A DNA stretch of 64,000 bases, from positions 1,815 through 65,814 of the forward strand of contig JABDDJ010000004.1 of NCBI GenBank assembly GCA_013287645.1, read 5' to 3'. Each line of letters begins with the position of its first letter. Within the stretch, counting starts at the first letter, position 1. The stretch comes from Chlamydiota bacterium. GTDB lineage: Bacteria > Chlamydiota > Chlamydiia > Chlamydiales > JABDDJ01. Shown here piece by piece: positions 38,034-46,908 of this stretch. The notes below the pieces were generated by a model. It searched no databases and was not told the DNA's origin. It was given only the letters and a program-made list of their open reading frames with translations. The position numbers were made by a program, and so were the translations under genes.

Positions 38034-38330
38034 TTAAATCCAAATAAACCCATCTTCGACTGTCAGTGGAATCTTCTTTGCCTGTTCGCCAGGCATATTT
38101 TGACATTCACCATTGCGCACGTCAAACTGCCAGCCATGCCAAGGGCAGGTAACTACGCAGCCATCCAGTTCTCCTTCACCTAGGGGGCCCTCCATGTGAG
38201 GACAGCGGTTATCTAAAGCGTAATACTCCTCACCGATATGAAAAATAGCTACTTCTCTACCATCTTCGAGAGAAACTACGATGTTCCCTCCTTCAGGAAT
38301 ATCTGCGCAACGAGCAATCTTTCTAGCCAT
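38034..38330 (-). CDS. Rieske [2Fe-2S] ferredoxin (NirD-like)
   Basis: CPH...CPWH ligand motifs; start MARKIA (38330). Confidence 0.92.
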   Translation of the reverse strand: MARKIARCADIPEGGNIVVSLEDGREVAIFHIGEEYYALDNRCPHMEGPLGEGELDGCVVTCPWHGWQFDVRNGECQNMPGEQAKKIPLTVEDGFIWI

Positions 38331-38340
38331 AATACCTTCT

Positions 38341-39918
38341 TTAGAAACCATGATCACCACCTACAACACCCTTTTGTGGACGAGAAAAATAGTATGTAGT
38401 TGTATAAGGGTTTGTACTCAAAACCGTAACCCAGCCTATTTTTCCCTGTAAAAATTCTTTTAACTCAGGATCATTTTTTGGAGATATGACGATCGATCCA
38501 TGAGGAAGTATCGTATACGTTCGTTCTAGGACATTCGTATCACTCTCTCGATAGAAATGCAGATCGATTTTTGCAGTACGTTCATATTTAATCTGGGGAC
38601 TAGAATTCATAATCCAGACTTCAGCATTTTCATTGTCGGATAAGATAGGCGCCCATTTGAACGACTGTTTTTTCCCCTCCCAGGTAGGGATATAGGGGTT
38701 TAAATTTGTACAAATATTGCAGGGAAGGTCTTGCGGACTCGAACCAATATCTACACCTAGCTTTACTCTTGACGGAAGATTTGTCCCTGGATCTGGGCGT
38801 GCAATCAATCTTGCGCCTAAGGGGAAGCTACCCTCTAATCCCAACTCCTTCACATGTGCTGCTGCATCGATGATTTCAAATTCATTTGAAGGAGAGCGTA
38901 TATGCAGAGCATCTGGGACCGTTCCAATGCATTTTCCTTCGCCATCATAGATTTCTAAATCGATGCTAAAGCTGCTAGGAGAGTAGATAGGGTAAAAATA
39001 AAATTTAGTTTGTGCACTTCCCTGAGCGCATAAGGGGAGCATTAAAGCTGCTGTGTGCCAGTCGTTTTCATTTGTATACCAATAGTCAGAGGGCGAGCAG
39101 GCACGTGTACAGTCGTAGTAGGTGTGCGTTACAACAATAGATGTAGGATTTTCCTGCCAATTACCCACTAAAAGACGCGGAAAGACCCAGCGCACATCGA
39201 AAATGATGCGCATAGTGCCCACTTGATTGTTAAGAAATTCCTTTAAAGGCAGCTTACTTGCCAAATCGATATGGTGCATGCTATAGGGCGCTAAATCTCC
39301 TAATAGAATGCTCTCTTTTAGCACATCTCCGCGCCGATTAAAGCACTCTACGTGCAACTGACTTCCAGGGCACTTTTCGGGGCCATTGATCAATGTTATA
39401 AAAGGCGAAGTCTTATCGTTGGCATAGACATTAAATCCCGCTTCAGGGACCTTTGTCTCGCTATTTGCCTCCTTATCCTCAAAATTGCTATAAACACGTT
39501 GAGCAGTATGCACAACAGTGGTAAATCCTTCGCCGTAATAGTTCACAACTAATGCAGGAAAGGGGAATACTAAATTTTGAAGAGAGAAAAATTCTAGCTC
39601 AATAGATCCCTCAAATGCAATCTGAGGATCAAAACCAGCCTGTTTAAGAAGATCACTTAATTCAACCCGATAGGCCTTGGTTTCCGTTAAATTTGACACC
39701 GATCGCCAGAGGATCTCTCCATCCTGCTTGCGCAGAGTAATCACCTGTGTCAATGCTGTGATATTACGCTTAACGAACCAGTATCCCATGTATAAAATAC
39801 GGGTAGATATACCCATTTCCTGAAAAACGGGAAATATTGCCGAAGTGCGTAATATAGGCTTTGTTGGAATTGCTACCGAGGGAACCATCGATTGCAAATG
39901 GGCATAATAGCTGCGCAT
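38341..39918 (-). CDS. Hypothetical protein (beta-rich, 525 aa)
   Basis: Long clean ORF 10 bp upstream of the Rieske gene; several His/Cys motifs (VHT, THTYYD, NICTN, DHGF); family not recognised. Confidence 0.75.
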   Translation of the reverse strand: MRSYYAHLQSMVPSVAIPTKPILRTSAIFPVFQEMGISTRILYMGYWFVKRNITALTQVITLRKQDGEILWRSVSNLTETKAYRVELSDLLKQAGFDPQIAFEGSIELEFFSLQNLVFPFPALVVNYYGEGFTTVVHTAQRVYSNFEDKEANSETKVPEAGFNVYANDKTSPFITLINGPEKCPGSQLHVECFNRRGDVLKESILLGDLAPYSMHHIDLASKLPLKEFLNNQVGTMRIIFDVRWVFPRLLVGNWQENPTSIVVTHTYYDCTRACSPSDYWYTNENDWHTAALMLPLCAQGSAQTKFYFYPIYSPSSFSIDLEIYDGEGKCIGTVPDALHIRSPSNEFEIIDAAAHVKELGLEGSFPLGARLIARPDPGTNLPSRVKLGVDIGSSPQDLPCNICTNLNPYIPTWEGKKQSFKWAPILSDNENAEVWIMNSSPQIKYERTAKIDLHFYRESDTNVLERTYTILPHGSIVISPKNDPELKEFLQGKIGWVTVLSTNPYTTTYYFSRPQKGVVGGDHGF

Positions 39919-39995
39919 TGTATCTCTCTTTTGCGTATTATATATAACTAATTATAAAATAAAGGAGAGATTCTTTCATCAAAGAGAGGAAATTC

Positions 39996-40544
39996 ATGGA
40001 ACAGAAACACGAGCCATTGCCTTTTTACGGAGAAAATCACCCTATTGAAAAGGTATTCGATCAAATTGAAGAAATCCTCAACAAAATGGAGAAAAATAAA
40101 GGCAAGCCTATTCAAGAAATGCCTATGTGGATTGTTGAAGAATTCAATCGCGTTGAAAAAGAGTTTCAACGCTTTCAAAAAGTTGTTTCACAAACCTTTG
40201 GCGCCCCCAAAACCGACGATAAAGAAGTCCGCAAATTCCTGCGTTCAATCCCAGAAGAACAAAGACCAAAAGAGTTCGACGTACTAGAACGCGCTCGCCT
40301 TCTCGTCCAGCGCATTGAAATTTTAAAACGCGAGTTTAATGAACCTGCACCTGCCCCCACTCTCCCTTCTTCTCCAAAAGCAGATAAACCAACAGATGTA
40401 AAAAAGAAATCCGATGATTCTCCTATGGAATTGCTGAAGAAAGATCAACCCGTTTTAGACGAGGATCAAGAGCTTCGCGCCACACTCGACCATCGAAAAA
40501 AATATGGAAGAATGGGCGGACGCAAACACTGGAAGCCCATGTAA
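39996..40544 (+). CDS. Hypothetical coiled-coil protein
   Basis: 182 aa, RBS AGAGG, basic C-terminal tail RKKYGRMGGRKHWKPM. Confidence 0.7.
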   Translation: MEQKHEPLPFYGENHPIEKVFDQIEEILNKMEKNKGKPIQEMPMWIVEEFNRVEKEFQRFQKVVSQTFGAPKTDDKEVRKFLRSIPEEQRPKEFDVLERARLLVQRIEILKREFNEPAPAPTLPSSPKADKPTDVKKKSDDSPMELLKKDQPVLDEDQELRATLDHRKKYGRMGGRKHWKPM

Positions 40545-40546
40545 TT

Positions 40547-40616
40547 ATTAAACGCAAAGCCGCAAAGCCGCAAAGGAGAAAAAAATCTTTGCGCCTTTGC
40601 GGCTTTGCGTTGAAAT
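40547..40616. repeat. REP-like palindrome, family A
   Basis: attaaacgcaaagccgcaaagccgcaaag ... ctttgcgcctttgcggctttgcgttgaaat. Confidence 0.9.
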
Positions 40617-40639
40617 TTATCAAAAAGGTAAATATTCAA

Positions 40640-43123
40640 ATGCCTGACACCTACAAAGACAACTACCAGATCTGGAGTACACTCCTTCCTCGATCAGCAG
40701 AGCTCTACCAAAAAACGGATGAGTCGGCTCAGCCAGTAAAATACGACTATACTCCAGCTGAGCTGGAAGAGTGGGTCAAGCATTTACCTCTTCCACACTA
40801 TAATGCCCTTGTTATCCACGGATTTGATCAGGGTTACGCCTACACCTTGCTGAAGCCTTGGCTTCAAGATAACCCCCATCGCATTATCATTTTTTTGGAA
40901 AATAACCCACACTCCTTAAAAAATTTCCTTTCATCGCCCGAAGCGCTGCCATTCCTTAAAGATAGGCAAGTTTGGCTTTACTATGGAAATACTCCTGAAG
41001 ACATGGACAGGGCAATTTACCAGTTCTCCTCAACCTATCCCCTCTATACTATCTACTTTGACGCCCTACCCAAAAGAGACCCTAAAATAGTAGAAGGGCT
41101 ACGTACCATCGGTCGTTTTATCTGGCTGCGCAATCGAGATAGCGCCTATGAGTATATCGAGGCTTCGATCGCTTTCACACATAATGTCTATTCAAATATT
41201 TATTTACTTCCCGAATCGCGCGACTTTACCCCCTTCCACAACTCCTTTAAAAACGTTCCTGCCATCATCGTCGGCGCTGGCCCGTCACTCTCTAAGAATC
41301 GTCATCTACTTCATGATTTGAAAGACAAAGCTCTCATCATCGCCGGAGGAACCGCCATCAATGCCCTTAATGCAGGTCATATACAACCTGACCTAGCTGT
41401 GGGGGTAGATCCCAATCATCAATTCTACAACAGGATTCTCTCTAATACAGCCTGGGAGGTCCCCTTCGTCTACTACTATCGGATGTACCGTAGAGCTATT
41501 TCTCTCGTCCATGGAGACAAGCTCTTTCTAAACCTCTCTCCCGGAATGGCCGTTCCAAAATGGATCCATGACGAACTTGGCATCTCATTTCCTTGTCCTA
41601 TCCAGCAAGAATTCTTTAATGTCATTAATCTCGCCACACTGCTTGCCATTGTGATGGGATGCAATCCCATCCTCTTTGTAGGGCTAGATCTCGCTTATAC
41701 AGATGACTCCTCCTATGCCTCAGGACTACAAAGCCTAGCCAGCCAAAAGACATGGAGCGCTCTACGTTCTAAACATGCTTCAGAAGAGATCCATATCCGC
41801 CACGATATTCATGGAAATCCCATCAAAACGCTCTGGAAATGGATCATTGAATCGATCTGGTACAGCAAGCTACAGACAGATCATAAAGATATCCAGTTTA
41901 TTAACTGCACTGAAGGTGGTTTGGGATTTCAAGGAATAACAAATGAAAACTTAGACACTGTCCTTCAGAGATACTGTCAAGGATCTTTAGATCTGACTCA
42001 ACGCATGAAAACCCAATTAGCGGATTCACCTTTCTGCTCTAACGCTACTCCAGAACAACTCACAGAAATCCTCAAAAAAATGGATTCCAGTTTAGAGAGA
42101 TGCGCGACAATTATCGAAGAGGCTGAAAAGACTATTGAGGAAGGCGATGCTTGGGAAAAAATCGAACTTCCCTGTCTTGAACTTCTCAAAGATGAGACTG
42201 CCTTTAAAACGATCCTTTCTGTCTATAACCAATATCTCCAAGAGCAATTCCTTCTACACTTTAACCGGGTCAGTGCCCTTAAAGATCACCTAGAGACTTA
42301 TCAATCTGAAAAAGTAGCCATGCATAAAAAGCGCTACCAGCAGATGTTAAAAGCCCTCTCAAACAACCGTGCAGCTATCAAACAATCTATTGAAACGCCA
42401 CACCTTCCACCATTGATTCCTTTAGAAAAAAGTAAAATACCACCTACAAGCTTTGAGAACAATGTCCTTAGAACCTACTATGCCAACGGTGTCCTAAAGT
42501 CTGTCATTCCTTCTCTCTATGGTCTCCCTCATGGTGAAGTCCTTCTCTACTATCATGATGGAAGTCTCAGCCGTCGTTTAACCTATACACAAGGCATCAA
42601 AGATGGCATCGAAGAGATCTGGGACCGCAGCGGACAACAATTGATCAAGGCTACCTATAAACGCGGAAAGCCGATCGGAACAGCGCGAGAATGGCATCCT
42701 AATGGAGTCCTTTCATCCGAAACGACCTATGATGACGACGGAAACCTCCTTTCAACCCAATATTGGAACCATTTAGGAATTCCTGTTCAAGAAGAGAGAG
42801 ACACCATCGACACCTTTATCAGCGATGTCCAAACACAAATGACCCTACTTAAATATTCACTCAAAAATATTGAATCGCTGCTGAAACAGCACCTACTCTA
42901 TGCACCTGATTTAGAAAGCGAATTGAAAAGCCATTTCGAGAGGCTTAATCTTCTAGAAGAAAAAACACTACCCAAACAAGCTTTCTACTCAAAAGATACC
43001 CATGAACCACTCTGGCAGACACCTCTCAACATCGAGGACATCACCTGGGATATCGGTGTGCTTAAAGATGCCGTAGCAGAGTTCATCATTAAAATCCAAC
43101 AACGCATGCAAAAGGTAAAATAG
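40640..43123 (+). CDS. Maf-family (MAF_flag10/DUF115) glycosyltransferase fused to C-terminal MORN-variant repeats
   Basis: PAIIVGAGPSL, VGVDP, NPILFVGLDLAY and INCTEGG motifs, then YYANG/YYHDG/EWHPNG repeats. Start trimmed to ATG 40640. Confidence 0.85.
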   Translation: MPDTYKDNYQIWSTLLPRSAELYQKTDESAQPVKYDYTPAELEEWVKHLPLPHYNALVIHGFDQGYAYTLLKPWLQDNPHRIIIFLENNPHSLKNFLSSPEALPFLKDRQVWLYYGNTPEDMDRAIYQFSSTYPLYTIYFDALPKRDPKIVEGLRTIGRFIWLRNRDSAYEYIEASIAFTHNVYSNIYLLPESRDFTPFHNSFKNVPAIIVGAGPSLSKNRHLLHDLKDKALIIAGGTAINALNAGHIQPDLAVGVDPNHQFYNRILSNTAWEVPFVYYYRMYRRAISLVHGDKLFLNLSPGMAVPKWIHDELGISFPCPIQQEFFNVINLATLLAIVMGCNPILFVGLDLAYTDDSSYASGLQSLASQKTWSALRSKHASEEIHIRHDIHGNPIKTLWKWIIESIWYSKLQTDHKDIQFINCTEGGLGFQGITNENLDTVLQRYCQGSLDLTQRMKTQLADSPFCSNATPEQLTEILKKMDSSLERCATIIEEAEKTIEEGDAWEKIELPCLELLKDETAFKTILSVYNQYLQEQFLLHFNRVSALKDHLETYQSEKVAMHKKRYQQMLKALSNNRAAIKQSIETPHLPPLIPLEKSKIPPTSFENNVLRTYYANGVLKSVIPSLYGLPHGEVLLYYHDGSLSRRLTYTQGIKDGIEEIWDRSGQQLIKATYKRGKPIGTAREWHPNGVLSSETTYDDDGNLLSTQYWNHLGIPVQEERDTIDTFISDVQTQMTLLKYSLKNIESLLKQHLLYAPDLESELKSHFERLNLLEEKTLPKQAFYSKDTHEPLWQTPLNIEDITWDIGVLKDAVAEFIIKIQQRMQKVK

Positions 43124-44214
43124 TGTCAAAAAATGTACTAGACTCCTTTGTTGCCAAAACTATCCAAGATCACTATCCTGACGCTGCCCATAACTACTCC
43201 ATCCAACAATTTGTTAACCAAGACGACTTCGGAAAAGGGGGATTTGGCGGCGGATCGGTCTATCAAGTCATCTCTAACGAAGGGAAACTCCTCTGCGTCG
43301 TCAAAGTAGAAGATGTCGATGAAGAAGCCAAAAAATTTATTGATCTGCTCGTCCCAGCCAGCAACCTACTACGTCAACTGCCTCTCATTGATCTGCAACT
43401 CATCCTCCCTATCTCTGCCCAAATCACCAACGTCAATGGCATTCTGCAGCGGTTTATCGCTACTCCGGCCGCTCAAGGAAAAGGGATTGTCACCGATCTG
43501 GCAGCTCTATCTCGTAACGAAATCCCTCTAGAAAGTTTCATAAAAACACTCCAAAATGTCTCTCAAGCCCTAGCCGAATTCAATACACTACTCCTAAAAG
43601 AATCGCCTACACTCACTCCAGAACTGCAAAAAATTGATGATAAAGTTGTTGAAGTCTTTCTACTCTATCTGCAAGAACATCCAGAATGGTTTTCCTTCGA
43701 CAGCAAATTTTTCAAAGAAAAATTTGCTACCCTCTACCATGCCGCCTACAAAATCCCCTTTCAAATCGGCTTCATCCATGGTGACAGCAGCATCACAAAC
43801 ATCTTCTACGATGCCGAAACCAATCTCACTAGCCTTGTCGACAGCATGACCATATTCCGCAGCATCAGCCTCAAAGGCGAACCCACCGGCAATATCGCTC
43901 AAGAATTTGCCAACACGCGCTGCTCCCTACAACTATATGGCACCTACTATGGACTTTCAAAAGAAATTTTAACCTCTATCGACAACACCTTTACCAAATC
44001 CTACCCACTCCCCATCCCCCCCGAACACAATCTGCTCTATTCTCTGCATTTCTGGATGGCCTATCTCGTCGTCGTCTACAAAGTCAAACAACAAAAACCT
44101 CTGCTAGCCAAATCTTTAGAAAACTTACTTCGCTACGTAATTAACTCACTTTACTCAAACCTTGTAGGAGAATTAAACCCAAAGGCGCAAAGCCGCAAAG
44201 AAAAAAATAAATAA
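43123..44214 (+). CDS. APH/choline-kinase-like phosphotransferase
   Basis: Gly loop GGFGGGSVY, VVK, Brenner motif HGDSSITNI, downstream LVD. Confidence 0.8.
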   Translation: MSKNVLDSFVAKTIQDHYPDAAHNYSIQQFVNQDDFGKGGFGGGSVYQVISNEGKLLCVVKVEDVDEEAKKFIDLLVPASNLLRQLPLIDLQLILPISAQITNVNGILQRFIATPAAQGKGIVTDLAALSRNEIPLESFIKTLQNVSQALAEFNTLLLKESPTLTPELQKIDDKVVEVFLLYLQEHPEWFSFDSKFFKEKFATLYHAAYKIPFQIGFIHGDSSITNIFYDAETNLTSLVDSMTIFRSISLKGEPTGNIAQEFANTRCSLQLYGTYYGLSKEILTSIDNTFTKSYPLPIPPEHNLLYSLHFWMAYLVVVYKVKQQKPLLAKSLENLLRYVINSLYSNLVGELNPKAQSRKEKNK

Positions 44215-44248
44215 ATTTCTTTGCGGCTTTGCGCCTTTGCGTTTAATT
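44171..44248. repeat. REP-like palindrome, family A (overlaps the kinase C-terminus)
   Basis: aattaaacccaaaggcgcaaagccgcaaag ... ctttgcggctttgcgcctttgcgtttaatt. Confidence 0.88.
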
Positions 44249-44321
44249 CTCGTTTAAAAGTTTTACGTAACTCGAGCAATTAATCAAATTAAAAAATGTC
44301 TCGATTTAGTAAAATGAAATC

Positions 44322-46250
44322 ATGCATGACGAAAAACGCTTTCACATCAATTCGCAACTATGGTCTTCTACTCACCCGAAAGAAGCCCTGCTCCTCCCTT
44401 ATGGTGAAGACCCCGCTATCGAATTTTGCCGCACTAAAGCCGGCGAACTCAACCTTGTACGGCACGTCGCAGGACAAAACTACTACTACCACTCCAACAC
44501 CAATGCTCTCGAAGAAGCGCATCGATGGGTCTCCAGGCTTGATCTCAAAGGCAAAGATGTCGTCTACGTCTTTGGCATAGGTCTCGGCTACTACTACCAA
44601 GCCCTAAAGCCCTGGCTCAAAAAAAACCGTAAACGGTCCATCATCTTCCTCGAAAATGACCTCAGCGTCATACGCCACCTATTTCAAACACCCGAAGCCA
44701 CAAAAATTCTCAAAGATCCTCAAGCTGCCCTCTACTACTTCAAAGACCTCCAAAACAGCGCCGAGACCTTTGACGCCATGTACTGGAACTATATTCTCAC
44801 CCAGATGGAAGTCTCCACCTTACCGCTCTACAAAAAAACTCAACCACAGCTCGCTCAAGAGATCCATCACAAAATCATCTACGACGCTGCTATCAAGAAT
44901 GCCCTAGTTGAAGAATACCTACGCTATGGAGCCGCCTTCTTCAAAAACTATTACCCCAATCTACTCTATCTAGCCGATTCCTACCTAGGAAACAGCATGT
45001 TCGGCTCTATGCGAGGAATACCTGCAATCCTCTGCGGAGCCGGTCCTTCTCTACAGAATGCCTTATCCACTCTCCCACACCTACGCGATAGAGCCGTTAT
45101 CTTCGCCGGAGGATCCGCCCTCAACGCCCTCAGCAGCTCACAGATCCTCCCCCATTTCGGTGGAGGCATCGACCCCAATCCTACACAGCTCGACCGACTC
45201 TCCACCAGCAGTGGATTTGAAGTCCCCTTCTTCTACCGCAATAGACTCCTCCATCAAGCCTTCAGAAAGATCCACGGACCCAAACTCTATGTCACCGGAT
45301 CAGGAGGCTACGACATCGCCGATTGGTTTGAAAACCGTCTTGACATCCCACAACACGAGTACATGGATGAAGGCCACAACATCGTCAACTTCTGTCTACA
45401 AATTGCCGCACGCCTAGGCTGCAACCCCATTATCTTTGTCGGAATGGATCTCGGCTTTACCGGCATGAAAACCTACGCCTCTGGCATTGAAGAGCATGTC
45501 AAAGTCACCAAAAAACAGCTCATGGGATCAGGAGATTTTGATAAAGACGCACTCCTCCGCCGCGATATCAATGGAAAGCCCCTCTACACTCTCTGGAAAT
45601 GGATTGCAGAAGCAGATTGGATCGGCGAATTCGCCGACCAAAACCCAGAAACTACCCTCATTAACTGCACAGAGGCAGGGCTAGGATTTCCAAGAGTGCC
45701 CAACATGACCCTTCAAGACGCATGCAAAAAATACCTTCAGCAGCAGCACGATATTGACAATCGCATCCATGCCGAAATCGAACAATGCGCCATGCCGCAG
45801 GTCACCGAAAAAAAAGTTGAAGATCTAGTCCATGAACTTTACGACAGCCTGAAACGCTGCATTGACCAATTTAATACCCTCATCGAAGAGACACAATTCA
45901 TCCACGACAAAATTCAAAAAGAGCAAAAAGTACCCGACATCCTCCAGACAGGCCTCGCAGCCCTTGCCGAGACCGAACTCAGCGACGAAGTCGCCTATGA
46001 ACACCTCCTTGACCTCTTTAACCATATCTACAGCCGAGTCCATAACCTCGAACTGCGCCATATCCGCATGTCACGCCTCTCCGATGTCAAACGCACCCTC
46101 TACCGCATGGAGCTCAATATCAAACGGCTCCAATTCCTCAAAGACGTCTCACGGGTTAACATAGGCGTCATCGACCTAGCCTGGCGTGCCAAAGCCCTCG
46201 GTGATATGCCTCCCATGGAGCAGCTCGCAAAAGAGGCCGGACTCACATGA
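44322..46250 (+). CDS. Maf-family (MAF_flag10/DUF115) glycosyltransferase
   Basis: YVFGIGLGY N-domain; PAILCGAGPSL, GIDP, NPIIFVGMDLGF and INCTEAG motifs. Confidence 0.88.
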   Translation: MHDEKRFHINSQLWSSTHPKEALLLPYGEDPAIEFCRTKAGELNLVRHVAGQNYYYHSNTNALEEAHRWVSRLDLKGKDVVYVFGIGLGYYYQALKPWLKKNRKRSIIFLENDLSVIRHLFQTPEATKILKDPQAALYYFKDLQNSAETFDAMYWNYILTQMEVSTLPLYKKTQPQLAQEIHHKIIYDAAIKNALVEEYLRYGAAFFKNYYPNLLYLADSYLGNSMFGSMRGIPAILCGAGPSLQNALSTLPHLRDRAVIFAGGSALNALSSSQILPHFGGGIDPNPTQLDRLSTSSGFEVPFFYRNRLLHQAFRKIHGPKLYVTGSGGYDIADWFENRLDIPQHEYMDEGHNIVNFCLQIAARLGCNPIIFVGMDLGFTGMKTYASGIEEHVKVTKKQLMGSGDFDKDALLRRDINGKPLYTLWKWIAEADWIGEFADQNPETTLINCTEAGLGFPRVPNMTLQDACKKYLQQQHDIDNRIHAEIEQCAMPQVTEKKVEDLVHELYDSLKRCIDQFNTLIEETQFIHDKIQKEQKVPDILQTGLAALAETELSDEVAYEHLLDLFNHIYSRVHNLELRHIRMSRLSDVKRTLYRMELNIKRLQFLKDVSRVNIGVIDLAWRAKALGDMPPMEQLAKEAGLT

Positions 46251-46837
46251 AAAAGCCCCTCTATACCTTTGAAAATGACAAAATAAGTATTGAAGATCCG
46301 GAGCTTAACCTCTCCTTCCACGAAACTTTCAGCCCCTTACGCATTCCTGAAGAGCGCAAACGCGGAATCACCCACGGCAAAGCCCACCTCGAAGTCTATA
46401 CCCATGAAGGCACCCCCTACGCCTTCGGTTGGCTTAAAAACCAAAAGCTCGATGGCGAATATCTCCACGTCTACCCCAGCCAAAAAACTAAAGGGCGCCA
46501 ATACTATAAAGATGGGCTCCTGCATGGACCTTCCAACTTCTATTCCCCTAAAGGAAAACTCCTCTCTGAAAGCTGGTTTATCAACGGCCAGCAAGAAGGC
46601 CGCACCAATTGGTACTATGCCAATAGCCGTCTTCATAGCCACCAGTTCTACCATAAAGGACAGTGGCACGGCATTCAGCTCTTCTATTACATCGATGGAA
46701 CCCTCAAATCTGAGCTAGCCTACAAAGAGGGTAAACTCCATGGAACTACCCGCCTCTTTTTTCCAGATGGAAAGCTCGACCGACTCCTTATCTATGATGC
46801 AGGCAAAGTCACCCATTTAGAATATGGCAAGAAGTAA
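46247..46837 (+). CDS. MORN-variant repeat protein (YwqK-like)
   Basis: Repeated Y..G.LHG...YY..G.L units; ATGA overlap with the Maf gene. Confidence 0.85.
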   Translation: MKKPLYTFENDKISIEDPELNLSFHETFSPLRIPEERKRGITHGKAHLEVYTHEGTPYAFGWLKNQKLDGEYLHVYPSQKTKGRQYYKDGLLHGPSNFYSPKGKLLSESWFINGQQEGRTNWYYANSRLHSHQFYHKGQWHGIQLFYYIDGTLKSELAYKEGKLHGTTRLFFPDGKLDRLLIYDAGKVTHLEYGKK

Positions 46838-46862
46838 ATCTATCAAAAGCCTTACTAATTCC

Positions 46863-46891
46863 TTGTAATTAAACTTAGTTCTAAGTAATAT
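46863..46891 (+). promoter_or_regulatory. sigma66-type promoter repeated before each tandem NEL gene (also 48782-48810, 50856-50884, 52894-52922)
   Basis: TTGTAA-N17-TA(A/T)NNT at the same position upstream of all four paralogs. Confidence 0.65.
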
Positions 46892-46908
46892 TTTTAAAAA
46901 AGGTTTTT

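Noticed and set aside
39930-39957. Possible dif site (tttgcgtatta-tatata-actaattataa)
   Set aside because: The left arm is only loosely XerC-like and the right arm does not match the conserved TTATGTTAAAT; more likely AT-rich promoter DNA.
2255-44248. Short tandem repeats as a CRISPR array
   Set aside because: Units are 6-8 bp, inverted, dispersed and without spacers; no cas genes are present.
46247-46837. YwqK antitoxin of a toxin-antitoxin pair
   Set aside because: No adjacent toxin; the MORN repeats are coupled or fused to Maf proteins.
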